Assembly (NCBI GenBank): GCA_963806035.1
Contig: CAWDWO010000030.1
Span: 1 to 64,000, forward strand
DNA length: 64,000 bases
Direction of reading: 5' to 3'
Source of the DNA: Candidatus Krumholzibacteriota bacterium
GTDB taxonomy: Bacteria > Krumholzibacteriota > Krumholzibacteriia > JAJRXK01
Position numbers and translations under genes: made by a program. Below the pieces are notes generated by a model. The model did no database searches. It was not told where the DNA came from and saw nothing but the letters and a program-made list of their open reading frames with translations. Below are positions 36,498 to 45,627 of the stretch, piece after piece. Position 1 is the stretch's first letter. The number at the start of each line of letters is the position of its first letter.

Positions 36498-36893
36498 CTA
36501 GTCTCCGGCTTTCCGTTCCGTTCTGGATCCTAGCTGTGTTTTGACGGTGGCCAGCTCCTGATCCAGGCTGCGCACGCGGGTGCAGAGGGTTCGGATGAGT
36601 CGAAACGCGAGGGTTGGATTCTCGGAAATACGAGCGAAGAGGTTCTTACGATCCACGGCCAGAACGCGGACCTTCCCTTTGGCCCTCACCGAGGCAGAGC
36701 GAACCTCCTGGTCGAAGAGGGCCATTTCACCGATGATCTCTTCCTTGCCGAGAGTTGCCGCCACCAGGTCGCCCTGCTCATTCTCCAGGACCACCTCGAC
36801 CTCTCCGTCCTGGATGACGTACATCTTGTCGCCCAATTCACCCTGTCGAATGATGTACTCTCCGTCCTCGTAATCTCTCCCCAAGGTGCTCAT
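36498..36893 (-). CDS. Stand-alone cyclic nucleotide-binding domain protein
   Basis: IIRQGELGDKMYVIQDGEVEV; phosphate-binding cassette GEMAL...RSASV; no HTH domain; GAGGTG RBS. Confidence 0.92.
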   Translation of the reverse strand: MSTLGRDYEDGEYIIRQGELGDKMYVIQDGEVEVVLENEQGDLVAATLGKEEIIGEMALFDQEVRSASVRAKGKVRVLAVDRKNLFARISENPTLAFRLIRTLCTRVRSLDQELATVKTQLGSRTERKAGD

Positions 36894-36898
36894 TGAAA

Positions 36899-38329
36899 TC
36901 ACCTCTGTGAATTCATCGACTTCCGCGAATTGTTCCGCGTCCGGTTCAGCATTGTCGGCGGAATGACAATGGCGGCCGAATGCGCCAGACGTGCCAGGAA
37001 CGCGGGATGAAGCGTTCGGCGGAAAATCTCCAGGTAGTCCGCGCTCCCGGTGAACATGTCCCATAGGACCGAGCTCATGCGCGGCGGAGGACCGTTTTTG
37101 CTCTGCTCTTCATTTACGGCGTGAAGGATGACTGCCCGCGCCAGAAAGCTGCGCTGGATGAGATGCGTTACCCAGAAGATGAACTTTCCCACGCGATTGT
37201 CCCGGGCAATCGAGCGGCAGACGGGCTCGTAATGTCTTGTGAACTGCTGCTGGGATACGCCGTGGAAGACCGCTGTCCGAGCGGCCGCTTTGGCGGTGCG
37301 GAAGGCAGCCCCAATTCCATCCTTGTAGAGACGGCTCACTCCGCAATCGCCGATGAAGACGATACGATCCATACAGACCGGGGACGCACCGATGATCGGC
37401 ATCGAGGGGGAGCACTGGCAGGAGAAATCTTCGGGATCCCAGTCCTCCGGCATGCAGCTTCGAAGCTCAGGAGAGGACAGAAATTCGTCCAACAATCCCT
37501 TGTCGATCTTATGACCCAAGAGGCACATGGTGACGTACTCGCCCTTGGGAATCATGGCCGCGAAATCCAGCCCGGGAATATCCAGCAGGAAGACATGCAT
37601 CGAAGAGCCGAGATGCCGGTCGATGGTCTCGGTTCCCAGGCGGTATTCACGGATGCTCGTCTTGACCGATCGTGGTGGGTGGTAGGATGGCTCGAGTTCT
37701 TCGATCAGTCGATGTGCCGTCGAATTGACTCCGCTAGCCACTGCCAGTAGATCGTAGCTCCCCTCATGGCCCGATTTGGACTGGACTTTGATGCATCCAT
37801 CCTCGCGGCTCAGAGCGACGACACGATCCTGCACGATAGTGACGCCGCGCTGCTTCGAGAGCTCTTGCAGGTGACCATCGAAACTCGTCCAAACCGCATG
37901 CTCCAGGTCGCGTGGTCCCGCTCCGCGATGGACGGTCGCGATGCGCTTCTCGTCTTGCGGTGTCGCGATCCGAACCGCTTGGCGATCCATATGCATCATG
38001 TAGGAATCGATGCCGCGTTGTACCACCTTACCGGGCAGGGGAATGCCGTCGACGGCCAGATTCTGTACCAGTGACTCGGAGATGATGCCACCGCACATGT
38101 TGCAGCCCTTGGGACCGGCGCAGGTGAATTCTCGCGGCTCATAGACATCGACGCTAAGTCTCAGTCCCCTGAGATTGGCGTACTCCAAGAGTGCGGAGCT
38201 GAAGAATGAGCCTGCGGGACCTCCTCCAAGCACGGCCACTCTTGCCCCGTCCTGGAGAGTCATGGTGGATCGCTTTGAACCCTGCGTGGCCGGTGCGCTC
38301 CACAGTTGCTGACTCGTAGACTTCATCAC
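36899..38329 (-). CDS. NAD(P)/FAD-dependent oxidoreductase (geranylgeranyl reductase-like)
   Basis: VAVLGGGPAG; CNMCGG; FIGD...LYKDGIGAA. Confidence 0.85.
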   Translation of the reverse strand: MMKSTSQQLWSAPATQGSKRSTMTLQDGARVAVLGGGPAGSFFSSALLEYANLRGLRLSVDVYEPREFTCAGPKGCNMCGGIISESLVQNLAVDGIPLPGKVVQRGIDSYMMHMDRQAVRIATPQDEKRIATVHRGAGPRDLEHAVWTSFDGHLQELSKQRGVTIVQDRVVALSREDGCIKVQSKSGHEGSYDLLAVASGVNSTAHRLIEELEPSYHPPRSVKTSIREYRLGTETIDRHLGSSMHVFLLDIPGLDFAAMIPKGEYVTMCLLGHKIDKGLLDEFLSSPELRSCMPEDWDPEDFSCQCSPSMPIIGASPVCMDRIVFIGDCGVSRLYKDGIGAAFRTAKAAARTAVFHGVSQQQFTRHYEPVCRSIARDNRVGKFIFWVTHLIQRSFLARAVILHAVNEEQSKNGPPPRMSSVLWDMFTGSADYLEIFRRTLHPAFLARLAHSAAIVIPPTMLNRTRNNSRKSMNSQR

Positions 38330-38343
38330 GACCCTCTCCGGGC

Positions 38344-39108
38344 TTAGAACTCCAGCACGCGGCCTGCCTCCAGAATTTCGACATCACCATTGGCCCAACT
38401 CATGATTTCCTCGATCGTCTCGTTCTTGCTGGGGCCCTTGATCGCGTAAACGTAGATGGGGACATCCGCGCGCGGAGCACGATCGATCTCCGAGCGCATC
38501 AGACGTGGGCACAGATGGCCCGACTTCAGAGCGAGATTCTCGAGCCGATCGGGGAAGGAGCACTCGATCAGGATCCCGCGCAAGCGGTCTCGGTAGGGCA
38601 GCAGCATTTCCCAGAAGGAGGAATCGGGGCCGGTGTCGCCGCTGATGGCCAGGGCGCCCGTTTCGCTTTCGAGGAGGAAGCCCACCGATCCTCCGAGGTG
38701 GGGCATGTCGATTGCCAGCACCTCGAGCCCATCCAGGGAAAATGGTTCGCCGCTTTCGAACTCGTGCAGCCGGAGAATCGGGGAATCCGCTGGCAGGGTG
38801 GTAAAGTCCGGCCAGAGTCTCCCATTGAAAAGGTCTTGGCGCAGACAGTCGATCGTATTACGAGCGCCATGTACGATCAGGGAATGATCGATTCGTCCGA
38901 AGAGGTTTTCGCAGAGGAAGGGAAGGTCCCTCACGTGGTCCATGTGAGGGTGTGTGATCAGAATGTCACGCAGTTTTTCCTGTTCGGATTGACTCAGTGT
39001 TGAAGCGGCCGAGCCGACATCCAGCAAAATCTTGTCATCCAGAAGAAAGCAGCTTACATCGCTGTCAGGACCCACGCTTCCCCCCGCCGATAAAACCCGG
39101 AGTCTCAT
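38344..39108 (-). CDS. MBL-fold (class II) 3',5'-cyclic nucleotide phosphodiesterase
   Basis: LLDVG; THPHMDH; SGDTGP; IECSFP; GHLCP. Confidence 0.85.
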   Translation of the reverse strand: MRLRVLSAGGSVGPDSDVSCFLLDDKILLDVGSAASTLSQSEQEKLRDILITHPHMDHVRDLPFLCENLFGRIDHSLIVHGARNTIDCLRQDLFNGRLWPDFTTLPADSPILRLHEFESGEPFSLDGLEVLAIDMPHLGGSVGFLLESETGALAISGDTGPDSSFWEMLLPYRDRLRGILIECSFPDRLENLALKSGHLCPRLMRSEIDRAPRADVPIYVYAIKGPSKNETIEEIMSWANGDVEILEAGRVLEF

Positions 39109-40010
39109 GCGCTGGCTGCCTCCCGGGCCTCGATGGTGAAGTGAATGCAGCGGGGATGTTTCTCGTCCACACGTTCTCCCAATCCGAGATAGCCGATTCG
39201 GGGAAGGGTCAGCTCATTCTGGTGCACACGACGCGGCTCGCCGTTCGGTAGATGTAGCCAAGTGCCGTTGCAACTTTCGTCGATCAGAACGAAGCGGCCA
39301 CGCCGGTATTCGATTCGGCAATGCGAGCGCGATACCACGTTGCTCTCCAGAACGAGATCATTGTGGTCGAAACGCCCCAAGCGCAGGGCGGGACGTTCGT
39401 AGTCGATCACGAAGCGATCCTCCCCGCGCTGGACCAACATGCTTTTCTCCGTGGCCACTGGATTGGTGATGGGGTTGACCTGGGTTTGGATGGCGGCCTT
39501 CCATACCAGTTCAGAAATCTCGATACTACCGCTCTTTCCCTTCACCGCAGTGGACCCGAGGGGGTGCGTGCGCATCGCGAAGAAGGGAGGAAGCTGATGC
39601 GTCGTCTCCGCCGTGGTGAGGATTTGTCCCGGCTGCGCCAAAGACACCACGCGCGCTGCCACGTTCACCGTGTCACCGAAAATATCCCCATTCTCTTCCA
39701 AAAAAGGACCTGCATGGAACCCGATCCGCGCGTGCAATTCCATTCCTACTGAGGACAAACCACTGTCCAGCGCACATTGGATGTCCAGCGCGGCCTGTGC
39801 CGCGTCCTCAGCGTTGCGGAAGACGCAAAGCAGCTCGTCACCGATGCGTTTGACGACACGCCCGCTGACCGCGGCGACGATTTCCTGCCAGCACGCGATG
39901 GCGTGAGAGCTATAGCGCAATGCTTGCTCATCGCCGAGACGTTCGTAGAGACCGGTGCTGTCGGTGAGATCGACGAACAAGACGGTCTTGCTGGGGGGAG
40001 CAGCACCCAT
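39105..40010 (-). CDS. Class III adenylate cyclase with C-terminal FHA domain
   Basis: LFVDLTDST, VKRIGDE, RIGFHAG and DIFGDTVNVAAR; FHA motifs LGR, VSRSH and SCNGTW. Confidence 0.93.
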   Translation of the reverse strand: MGAAPPSKTVLFVDLTDSTGLYERLGDEQALRYSSHAIACWQEIVAAVSGRVVKRIGDELLCVFRNAEDAAQAALDIQCALDSGLSSVGMELHARIGFHAGPFLEENGDIFGDTVNVAARVVSLAQPGQILTTAETTHQLPPFFAMRTHPLGSTAVKGKSGSIEISELVWKAAIQTQVNPITNPVATEKSMLVQRGEDRFVIDYERPALRLGRFDHNDLVLESNVVSRSHCRIEYRRGRFVLIDESCNGTWLHLPNGEPRRVHQNELTLPRIGYLGLGERVDEKHPRCIHFTIEAREAASA

Positions 40011-40386
40011 TCTTGCCTCGGGCTTGCAACTCGTTCGTTCGGGCGTTTGAGTCGAAAGGACCCTGGAACCAGTGCATTCATTCTACATCTTGACGTTGCC
40101 CCGGGATACCGCGAAAGGCAAGCGAGGAGCGATGAGAGCGGAACGATCGTTCGATTCAAGAGCCAACACTCCGAGTCGCGTTGACGCCCCTTCGCATCTA
40201 CCGTAGAGTCGCTTTACAGATCATTCCGGCCCTTCCCCGTTCCACCCTTTCGCCGGATGCCACCATGACTCGGCCACGAACAGTGCAGCGCTACGAGCCC
40301 TGCCGACGAGGATGTCGCTTCTGCAACATGCTCCTCGATGCGCCGTTGAGCTCACTCTCGATCCACCATCACAAGAAGGAGGAGCC

Positions 40387-41532
40387 ATGAAGCGAATCCT
40401 GCTCGTCGGGATCCTGTGTTTGGGATTCCTGAGCTTGCCCACCGCCGCCGCCACGGCCGGTGACGCCGGGCCGGCGTTGGGTTTGCCCCCGGTACCGATA
40501 CCGGCTGACAATCCACAAACCCCGGAGAAAATTGCTCTCGGCGACAAGCTCTTCCACGATAAACGCTTCAGCATGACTGGTGAAGTGAGCTGCTCCACCT
40601 GTCATGACAACGACAAGGCCTTCACTGACAGTCCGCTGCGATTCTCCGAGGGCATCCACAAGCTCAACGGCACACGCAACGCACCCACGGTGGTCAACGC
40701 AGCCTACTTCGGAACGCAATTCTGGGACGGACGCTCCCCGGATCTCGAGGATCAGGCCTTGCACCCCTTCGTGAATCCGGTCGAAATGGGTCTCCCCAAT
40801 CACGAGCCCATTCTGAAGCTAGTGCGAGAGGATCCCGAGTACGTCGAGGCCTTCGCCAGCGTCTTCGGTAAGAGGGGCGAGGAGATCACGATGACGGAGG
40901 TGACCGATGCGATCGCGGCCTTCGAACGCACGATCGTGGCGGGAGACTCGCCCTTCGATCGCTACTACTACGGGGGGGACGAGACGGCGCTCACCGAGCA
41001 GCAGAAGCGTGGCTTCGAACTCTTCGCGAACAAGGGCCGCTGTCTGTCGTGCCACGTGATCGAGCAGACCCAAGGCCTCTTCACCGACAACCGCTTTCAC
41101 AACATCGGGGTCGGGATCAACGACATCCAGGCCGACGTGCCCAAGCTGGCCCACGAGTTTTTGCAGGCGGAAGCCACTCTGAGTGAAGTGGACGTGAAGG
41201 TCTTGACCGATCCGAGAACCTCGGAATTGGGACGTTTCGCCGTCACACGGAAGTTCGACGATCTGGGAGCGATCAAGACTCCCACCTTGAGGAACGTCGC
41301 AGCTACTGCACCCTACATGCACGATGGCAGCCTCAAGACCCTGCGCGAAGTCGTGGTGCACTACAACAACGGCGGTGTCACCGAGGCGAGTGATCCCGTC
41401 AACGACTTCTTGAGTGGGGGCATCCGCCCGCTCAATCTCAGCGAGAGTGAAATCGACGACCTCGTTGCGTTCATGGAAGCTCTCACCAGCCCTCAATTCA
41501 CCGAACTGGCCGCCAAGTCCGGTACCGAATAA
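40387..41532 (+). CDS. Diheme cytochrome c peroxidase/MauG-superfamily protein
   Basis: AGGAGGAG RBS; signal peptide; CSTCH; QFWDGR; CLSCH; KTPTLRNV; PYMHDG; HYNNGG. Confidence 0.93.
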   Translation: MKRILLVGILCLGFLSLPTAAATAGDAGPALGLPPVPIPADNPQTPEKIALGDKLFHDKRFSMTGEVSCSTCHDNDKAFTDSPLRFSEGIHKLNGTRNAPTVVNAAYFGTQFWDGRSPDLEDQALHPFVNPVEMGLPNHEPILKLVREDPEYVEAFASVFGKRGEEITMTEVTDAIAAFERTIVAGDSPFDRYYYGGDETALTEQQKRGFELFANKGRCLSCHVIEQTQGLFTDNRFHNIGVGINDIQADVPKLAHEFLQAEATLSEVDVKVLTDPRTSELGRFAVTRKFDDLGAIKTPTLRNVAATAPYMHDGSLKTLREVVVHYNNGGVTEASDPVNDFLSGGIRPLNLSESEIDDLVAFMEALTSPQFTELAAKSGTE

Positions 41533-41546
41533 GGAGAGGTGCCGAA

Positions 41547-42623
41547 ATGTCCCAATTCAAGATGAGCCGTCGCGACTTTCTCAAGAGTGCGGGCATCGTG
41601 ACAGCCGCGAGCTGTCTGCCGATGAGCATGGTGGAGCTGTCCTTCGCCGATCCACGCAAGAACTTCACCTTTGCCTACATCTCCGACTCCCACCTGCAAC
41701 ACATCACGGGCACCAAGTTCGTGAACAACTGGGACCGGGGATTGATTCGGGCCGTGGCCGAGACCAACCTGCTCACGCCCAAGCCCGACTTCGTGGTGTT
41801 TGGAGGCGACCTGGCCCAGCTGGGGAAGAAGGAAGAACTCGATCACGGGGCCGAGATGCTCTCCAAGCTGAACTACAAGACCTACCACGTCATGGGAGAG
41901 CACGACTATTACCTCGATCTGGGCGAGTACTGGTCGAAACTCTACGGTGATCACTACTACAGCTTCGACCACAAGGGGACGCACTTCATCGTTCTCAACA
42001 GCGTTCTCACTTACGACGACTGGACTCATGACCGTTGGCCCAGTGCCGAGCAGCGCATGGTGGAGATGGCGGGTCTGGACAATCCCAACGGGTCGCCCTT
42101 CATGGTGGGCGAGAAGCAGCGCGAATGGCTGCGCAAGGACCTGGCTAAGGTGAAGAAGGACACGCCGGTCGTGGTCTTCTCGCATTCACCGATTCAGAAG
42201 CTGTACAAGGGGTGGAATTTCTGGACGGAGGATGCCGAGCAGATTCACGAGCTCTTGAAGCCCTTCGACAAGGTTTCGGTGATCTACGGGCATGTCCACC
42301 AGGTACAATACAACCAGATCGGCAACATCAGCTTCAACGCGGTGATGGCGACGGCGTGGCCCTGGCCGTACCCGGAGAGCTATGCGCAGGCCCAGCACCA
42401 CATGCCGAAGCTGACGGTGCGCATGAATCGCGCCGATCCTTTCTTCGAACGCGATGCCACCGGTTGGCAATTCATCGACATCAACAGCGGCAAACCCGCC
42501 CTGAAATACAACCTGTACAACAACACGAACCGTACCGTGGCCTACAACCCGGAAACGGGAAGGCCCGAAGATGCGACGTTCCAGGACGACTCCGAGCGGA
42601 TTCCTCCGCAATTCCATTTCTAG
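41547..42623 (+). CDS. Tat-exported calcineurin-like metallophosphoesterase
   Basis: SRRDFLK; ISDSH; GGDL; GEHD; SHSP; GHVH. Confidence 0.9.
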   Translation: MSQFKMSRRDFLKSAGIVTAASCLPMSMVELSFADPRKNFTFAYISDSHLQHITGTKFVNNWDRGLIRAVAETNLLTPKPDFVVFGGDLAQLGKKEELDHGAEMLSKLNYKTYHVMGEHDYYLDLGEYWSKLYGDHYYSFDHKGTHFIVLNSVLTYDDWTHDRWPSAEQRMVEMAGLDNPNGSPFMVGEKQREWLRKDLAKVKKDTPVVVFSHSPIQKLYKGWNFWTEDAEQIHELLKPFDKVSVIYGHVHQVQYNQIGNISFNAVMATAWPWPYPESYAQAQHHMPKLTVRMNRADPFFERDATGWQFIDINSGKPALKYNLYNNTNRTVAYNPETGRPEDATFQDDSERIPPQFHF

Positions 42624-42636
42624 AAGGAGTGAGACG

Positions 42637-43050
42637 ATGCGAACGAAAATTCTGGGAGCCTCGCTCCTCTTGCTCGTGATCCTGATGGCCGCGGGAGACT
42701 TCATGGTTCGTGCCGACGAATTCACGAAGGAGGATCTGGCCCGCTGGCAACAGGAGTACATGACGGTGGTCGCGCGAGGCCGCGAACTGTGGACGAGTCC
42801 GGACCTGGGAACGAACGGCGTTGCCTGTGCTCAATGCCACCCGAACGCGGCGAATACGCATCCGGAAACCTATCCAAAGTTCCAGCAGCAGCTGGGCCGT
42901 GTGGCGCCGTTGCGTGACATGATCAACTGGTGCCTCATGAATCCACTGGAGGGAGAGCCGCTCAAGCTCGACGATCCCGATCTGGTGGCGATCGAGACCT
43001 ACGTGCACTACGAACGTAGGGGAGTTCCGATGGCGCCGGGGAAACACTGA
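42637..43050 (+). CDS. Monoheme cytochrome c with an extra Cys (SoxA/TsdA-like segment)
   Basis: AAGGAG RBS; signal peptide; CAQCH; YPKF...LRDMINWC. Confidence 0.85.
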   Translation: MRTKILGASLLLLVILMAAGDFMVRADEFTKEDLARWQQEYMTVVARGRELWTSPDLGTNGVACAQCHPNAANTHPETYPKFQQQLGRVAPLRDMINWCLMNPLEGEPLKLDDPDLVAIETYVHYERRGVPMAPGKH

Positions 43051-43097
43051 CGGCTAACGGTCTGTTGCGATCACCCTGGCGCTGCGTTGCGAGATGA

Positions 43098-43127
43098 AAA
43101 CGGGCCCCGCTGCTGCGGGGCCCGTTT
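43098..43127. terminator. Bidirectional intrinsic terminator
   Basis: AAACGGGCCCCGC-TGCT-GCGGGGCCCGTTT between convergent operons. Confidence 0.8.
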
Positions 43128-43156
43128 GCGAAGAGCTCGAGCTCACGGATTGCCGG

Positions 43157-43999
43157 TCACTTCTTTTCGAGCTTGACCTCTCCGCTGAATACGGAGATCT
43201 CGATACGCGCGCTTCCATTGCCATTGGTGAAATTGAGCTCCTTCCCCGGAGCAAACTTCGAGGTGCGCTCGGCCTGTTGCCCAAATGCATTGTCGATGTC
43301 ACCACTGAAGGTGCTGATGTCGAACTCCGCATCGATGTTCGAAGGCACAAGCAGGTGCGCGGCGCCGCTGTGGCAGCTGATCTCCCAGCTCGCGTGCTTG
43401 GCTGCGTCCGCCTCGAGCTCGAAGTCTCCGCTGACGCTGCTGAACTCCAACTTCTTCAGGGTGCCCGCGGTCACCCTTGCGTCTCCACTGACGATGGAGA
43501 TCTCCAGGCTCTCCTGGACCCCACGGACCTTGACATCCCCACTGACGCATCCGACCTCAACGTCCTTGGAATTGCAGTCCAGCTGGATGTCGCCACTGAC
43601 GGTCGCGATGTCGAGCGAACCCTCGACCCGCGAAATGTCGAAATCGGTGCTGACCCCCTGCACCTCCAGTTCACAGTCCTTGGGCACCATGAACTCCAGA
43701 GTCGAGCCGTCGAGGTGCCGGTTGTTGTCGGGGTATTCCACTTTGAAACTCATGTCGCTTGCGTCACCTTCGATTTCCAGGCCTTCGGCCCTGGTATCGA
43801 GGGTTCCGGTGACGTGAACCTCGTTCTTGTCCCAGGCGGTGATCGTGACGTTTCCCGCCAATACGTCGATCGAGATCTGAGCGTCAGCGTCGACGCTGCG
43901 GGTCTCGTCCACCTTGGTGGCGGCATGGCTCTTCGGAATGAAGAGGAGGGAAACAGCCAGGAGAATCGCCATGGCTGAAATTAGTCTCGAGTTCTTCAT
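43157..43999 (-). CDS. DUF4097 beta-strand repeat (adhesin-like) secreted protein
   Basis: Signal peptide; repeated TVSGD/VSGD/FSGD units. Confidence 0.85.
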   Translation of the reverse strand: MKNSRLISAMAILLAVSLLFIPKSHAATKVDETRSVDADAQISIDVLAGNVTITAWDKNEVHVTGTLDTRAEGLEIEGDASDMSFKVEYPDNNRHLDGSTLEFMVPKDCELEVQGVSTDFDISRVEGSLDIATVSGDIQLDCNSKDVEVGCVSGDVKVRGVQESLEISIVSGDARVTAGTLKKLEFSSVSGDFELEADAAKHASWEISCHSGAAHLLVPSNIDAEFDISTFSGDIDNAFGQQAERTSKFAPGKELNFTNGNGSARIEISVFSGEVKLEKK

Positions 44000-44011
44000 G
44001 ATCGCACCTTT

Positions 44012-44683
44012 CTAAAGGGTGTTCGTTTGGACGGCAATCCGTTGCAGAAGGTTTAGTTTGTTTCGGTAGCCCTCGGCCAAGCTCCGGTACTCCGGAGAGT
44101 TCAAGTTGGTTTCGCCCATGGCGGTAACGGTTTCGCGCAGCGCGGCTTGAATTTGATCCAGGCTGCGGTTGAGGACGATCACCGCGTCCGCGGAAAGTTT
44201 GCCGTCGTCTTTGGCGAGGACGACGCGGTAGTCCTCGACCATGGAGTCCGAGCAGAGCGTCAGCATGTTTTTCGCTCCACCTTGCTCCGGCATACTCGGC
44301 GGACGGAGGCCGCGCAGGGTGGGCGGCAAAAGCAGGACGAGGGCCAGCACGGCCGCCAAGAGCCAGCTCACCGAGCGGGGTGAGAAGAGGGAGGGGATCG
44401 ATCGTTCGGTGGGCCTCAAGCTGGAAAGGCCGCGCAGCGGGGCGCCCTCCGCATCCGCGGCGTCTTCCAAACGCGCGGCGAGTTCCGGCCAGAGATCCCT
44501 CGAGGGCTGAATCTCCGTGGGAAGCTGCCGGGCCTGGTTCAAAAGCTCGCGCAACGACCGCAGCTCAGAGGAGCAGGCCGGGCAAGACGCCAGGTGCGCG
44601 TTCAGCTCGTGTTCCGCGGCGGGCTCGAGCAGTCCGTCGATGTAGTCGTCCAGCTGGGCAAGGATGCTTTCGTGCGTCGTCAT
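44012..44683 (-). CDS. Zinc-finger (zf-HC2) anti-sigma factor
   Basis: LDDYIDGLL; HLASCPAC; single TM segment. Confidence 0.88.
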   Translation of the reverse strand: MTTHESILAQLDDYIDGLLEPAAEHELNAHLASCPACSSELRSLRELLNQARQLPTEIQPSRDLWPELAARLEDAADAEGAPLRGLSSLRPTERSIPSLFSPRSVSWLLAAVLALVLLLPPTLRGLRPPSMPEQGGAKNMLTLCSDSMVEDYRVVLAKDDGKLSADAVIVLNRSLDQIQAALRETVTAMGETNLNSPEYRSLAEGYRNKLNLLQRIAVQTNTL

Positions 44684-45258
44684 GCCAATGCCTCCCTCAG
44701 GAGTCTGCGGGCGCGGTGAAGTTGCGCCTTGATCGTGCCTTCGGCGAGATCCGACAGCTCGGCGATCTCGCGGATCTTGTAACCCTGCACGTCGTGCAGC
44801 ACGAATGCGCTCCGTGCTCCGTCCGGCAGCGCCGCGATGGCCTTCTCGAGGTCCATGCGGTGCCCCCCGTTCTCGGTCCGGGTCTCGGGGATGTGCCTCG
44901 CCACGGGGGTCTCCTCCAGCGGGGTTTCTCGAGCGTCCTTGCGGCGCGTTTTGCGCCTTTGATCCAGCACGACGTTGACTGTCAGGCGGTGCAGCCAGGT
45001 CGTAAAACGGCTGCGGCCTTCGAAGCCGGAGAGGTTACGCCACGCCCGAACGAACGCATCCTGGGTAAGGCTCTCCGCCAGATCGCGGTCGGCACTCATC
45101 CGCAGACAGAGCGCGAACACGCGGTTAACGTGGAGCCGATAAATCTGCTCGAAGGCGCTCTGGTCTCCGCCCCGCGCGCGGTCCAGCAGTGACTCGAGAT
45201 CGGATTCGCTCATCTCGAGCACCTCTGCACAGTGTGTGAGTTGCCGTTCTGGCAGCAT
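44680..45258 (-). CDS. ECF RNA polymerase sigma factor
   Basis: GDQSAFEQIY, FTTWLHR, EIAE and GTIKAQLHRAR motifs. Start may be 45213. Confidence 0.93.
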   Translation of the reverse strand: MLPERQLTHCAEVLEMSESDLESLLDRARGGDQSAFEQIYRLHVNRVFALCLRMSADRDLAESLTQDAFVRAWRNLSGFEGRSRFTTWLHRLTVNVVLDQRRKTRRKDARETPLEETPVARHIPETRTENGGHRMDLEKAIAALPDGARSAFVLHDVQGYKIREIAELSDLAEGTIKAQLHRARRLLREALA

Positions 45259-45627
45259 TCCGGTCTCCGGGGCCGAGTTCTTTCCCGCATATGATTCGAC
45301 CTCCGAGGAGGGGAAAAGGCTTAAAGCGGGGTCGTAGATTTTGTAGAATCCGCGCTGGAGCCCCGAGATCTAGCATCGCCGCTTCCGGGCGGCAAAGGAA
45401 GCTCTCGTTGGCGTTCCTGGTCCGTTTCCGCCACTTGGAAGTGCTTTTGGCCGGAAGAGACTGATCTGGTGTCCCGATTTCCAGCGAACGGGCCTCGATT
45501 GGGATTCGTGCTTGCTAGATCTGGGACCTCCACCTACTCCATTAATAACGCGGCGGGGCAAAAATATGGAGAGATCCCCCGCGAAAGACGATCCTGCGGC
45601 CAAGGCGCCGGAAAGAAAGGTAGAGCA

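Noticed and set aside
36891..36901. Oxidoreductase-cNMP fusion by TGA read-through
   Set aside because: The genes are in different frames, a second in-frame TGA follows, and the cNMP gene has its own RBS.
36498..40010. Pycsar/CBASS anti-phage system
   Set aside because: The cyclase has adenine-specifying residues and an FHA domain, there is no TM or TIR effector, a phosphodiesterase is co-encoded, and no defence or mobile context is visible. Not fully excluded.
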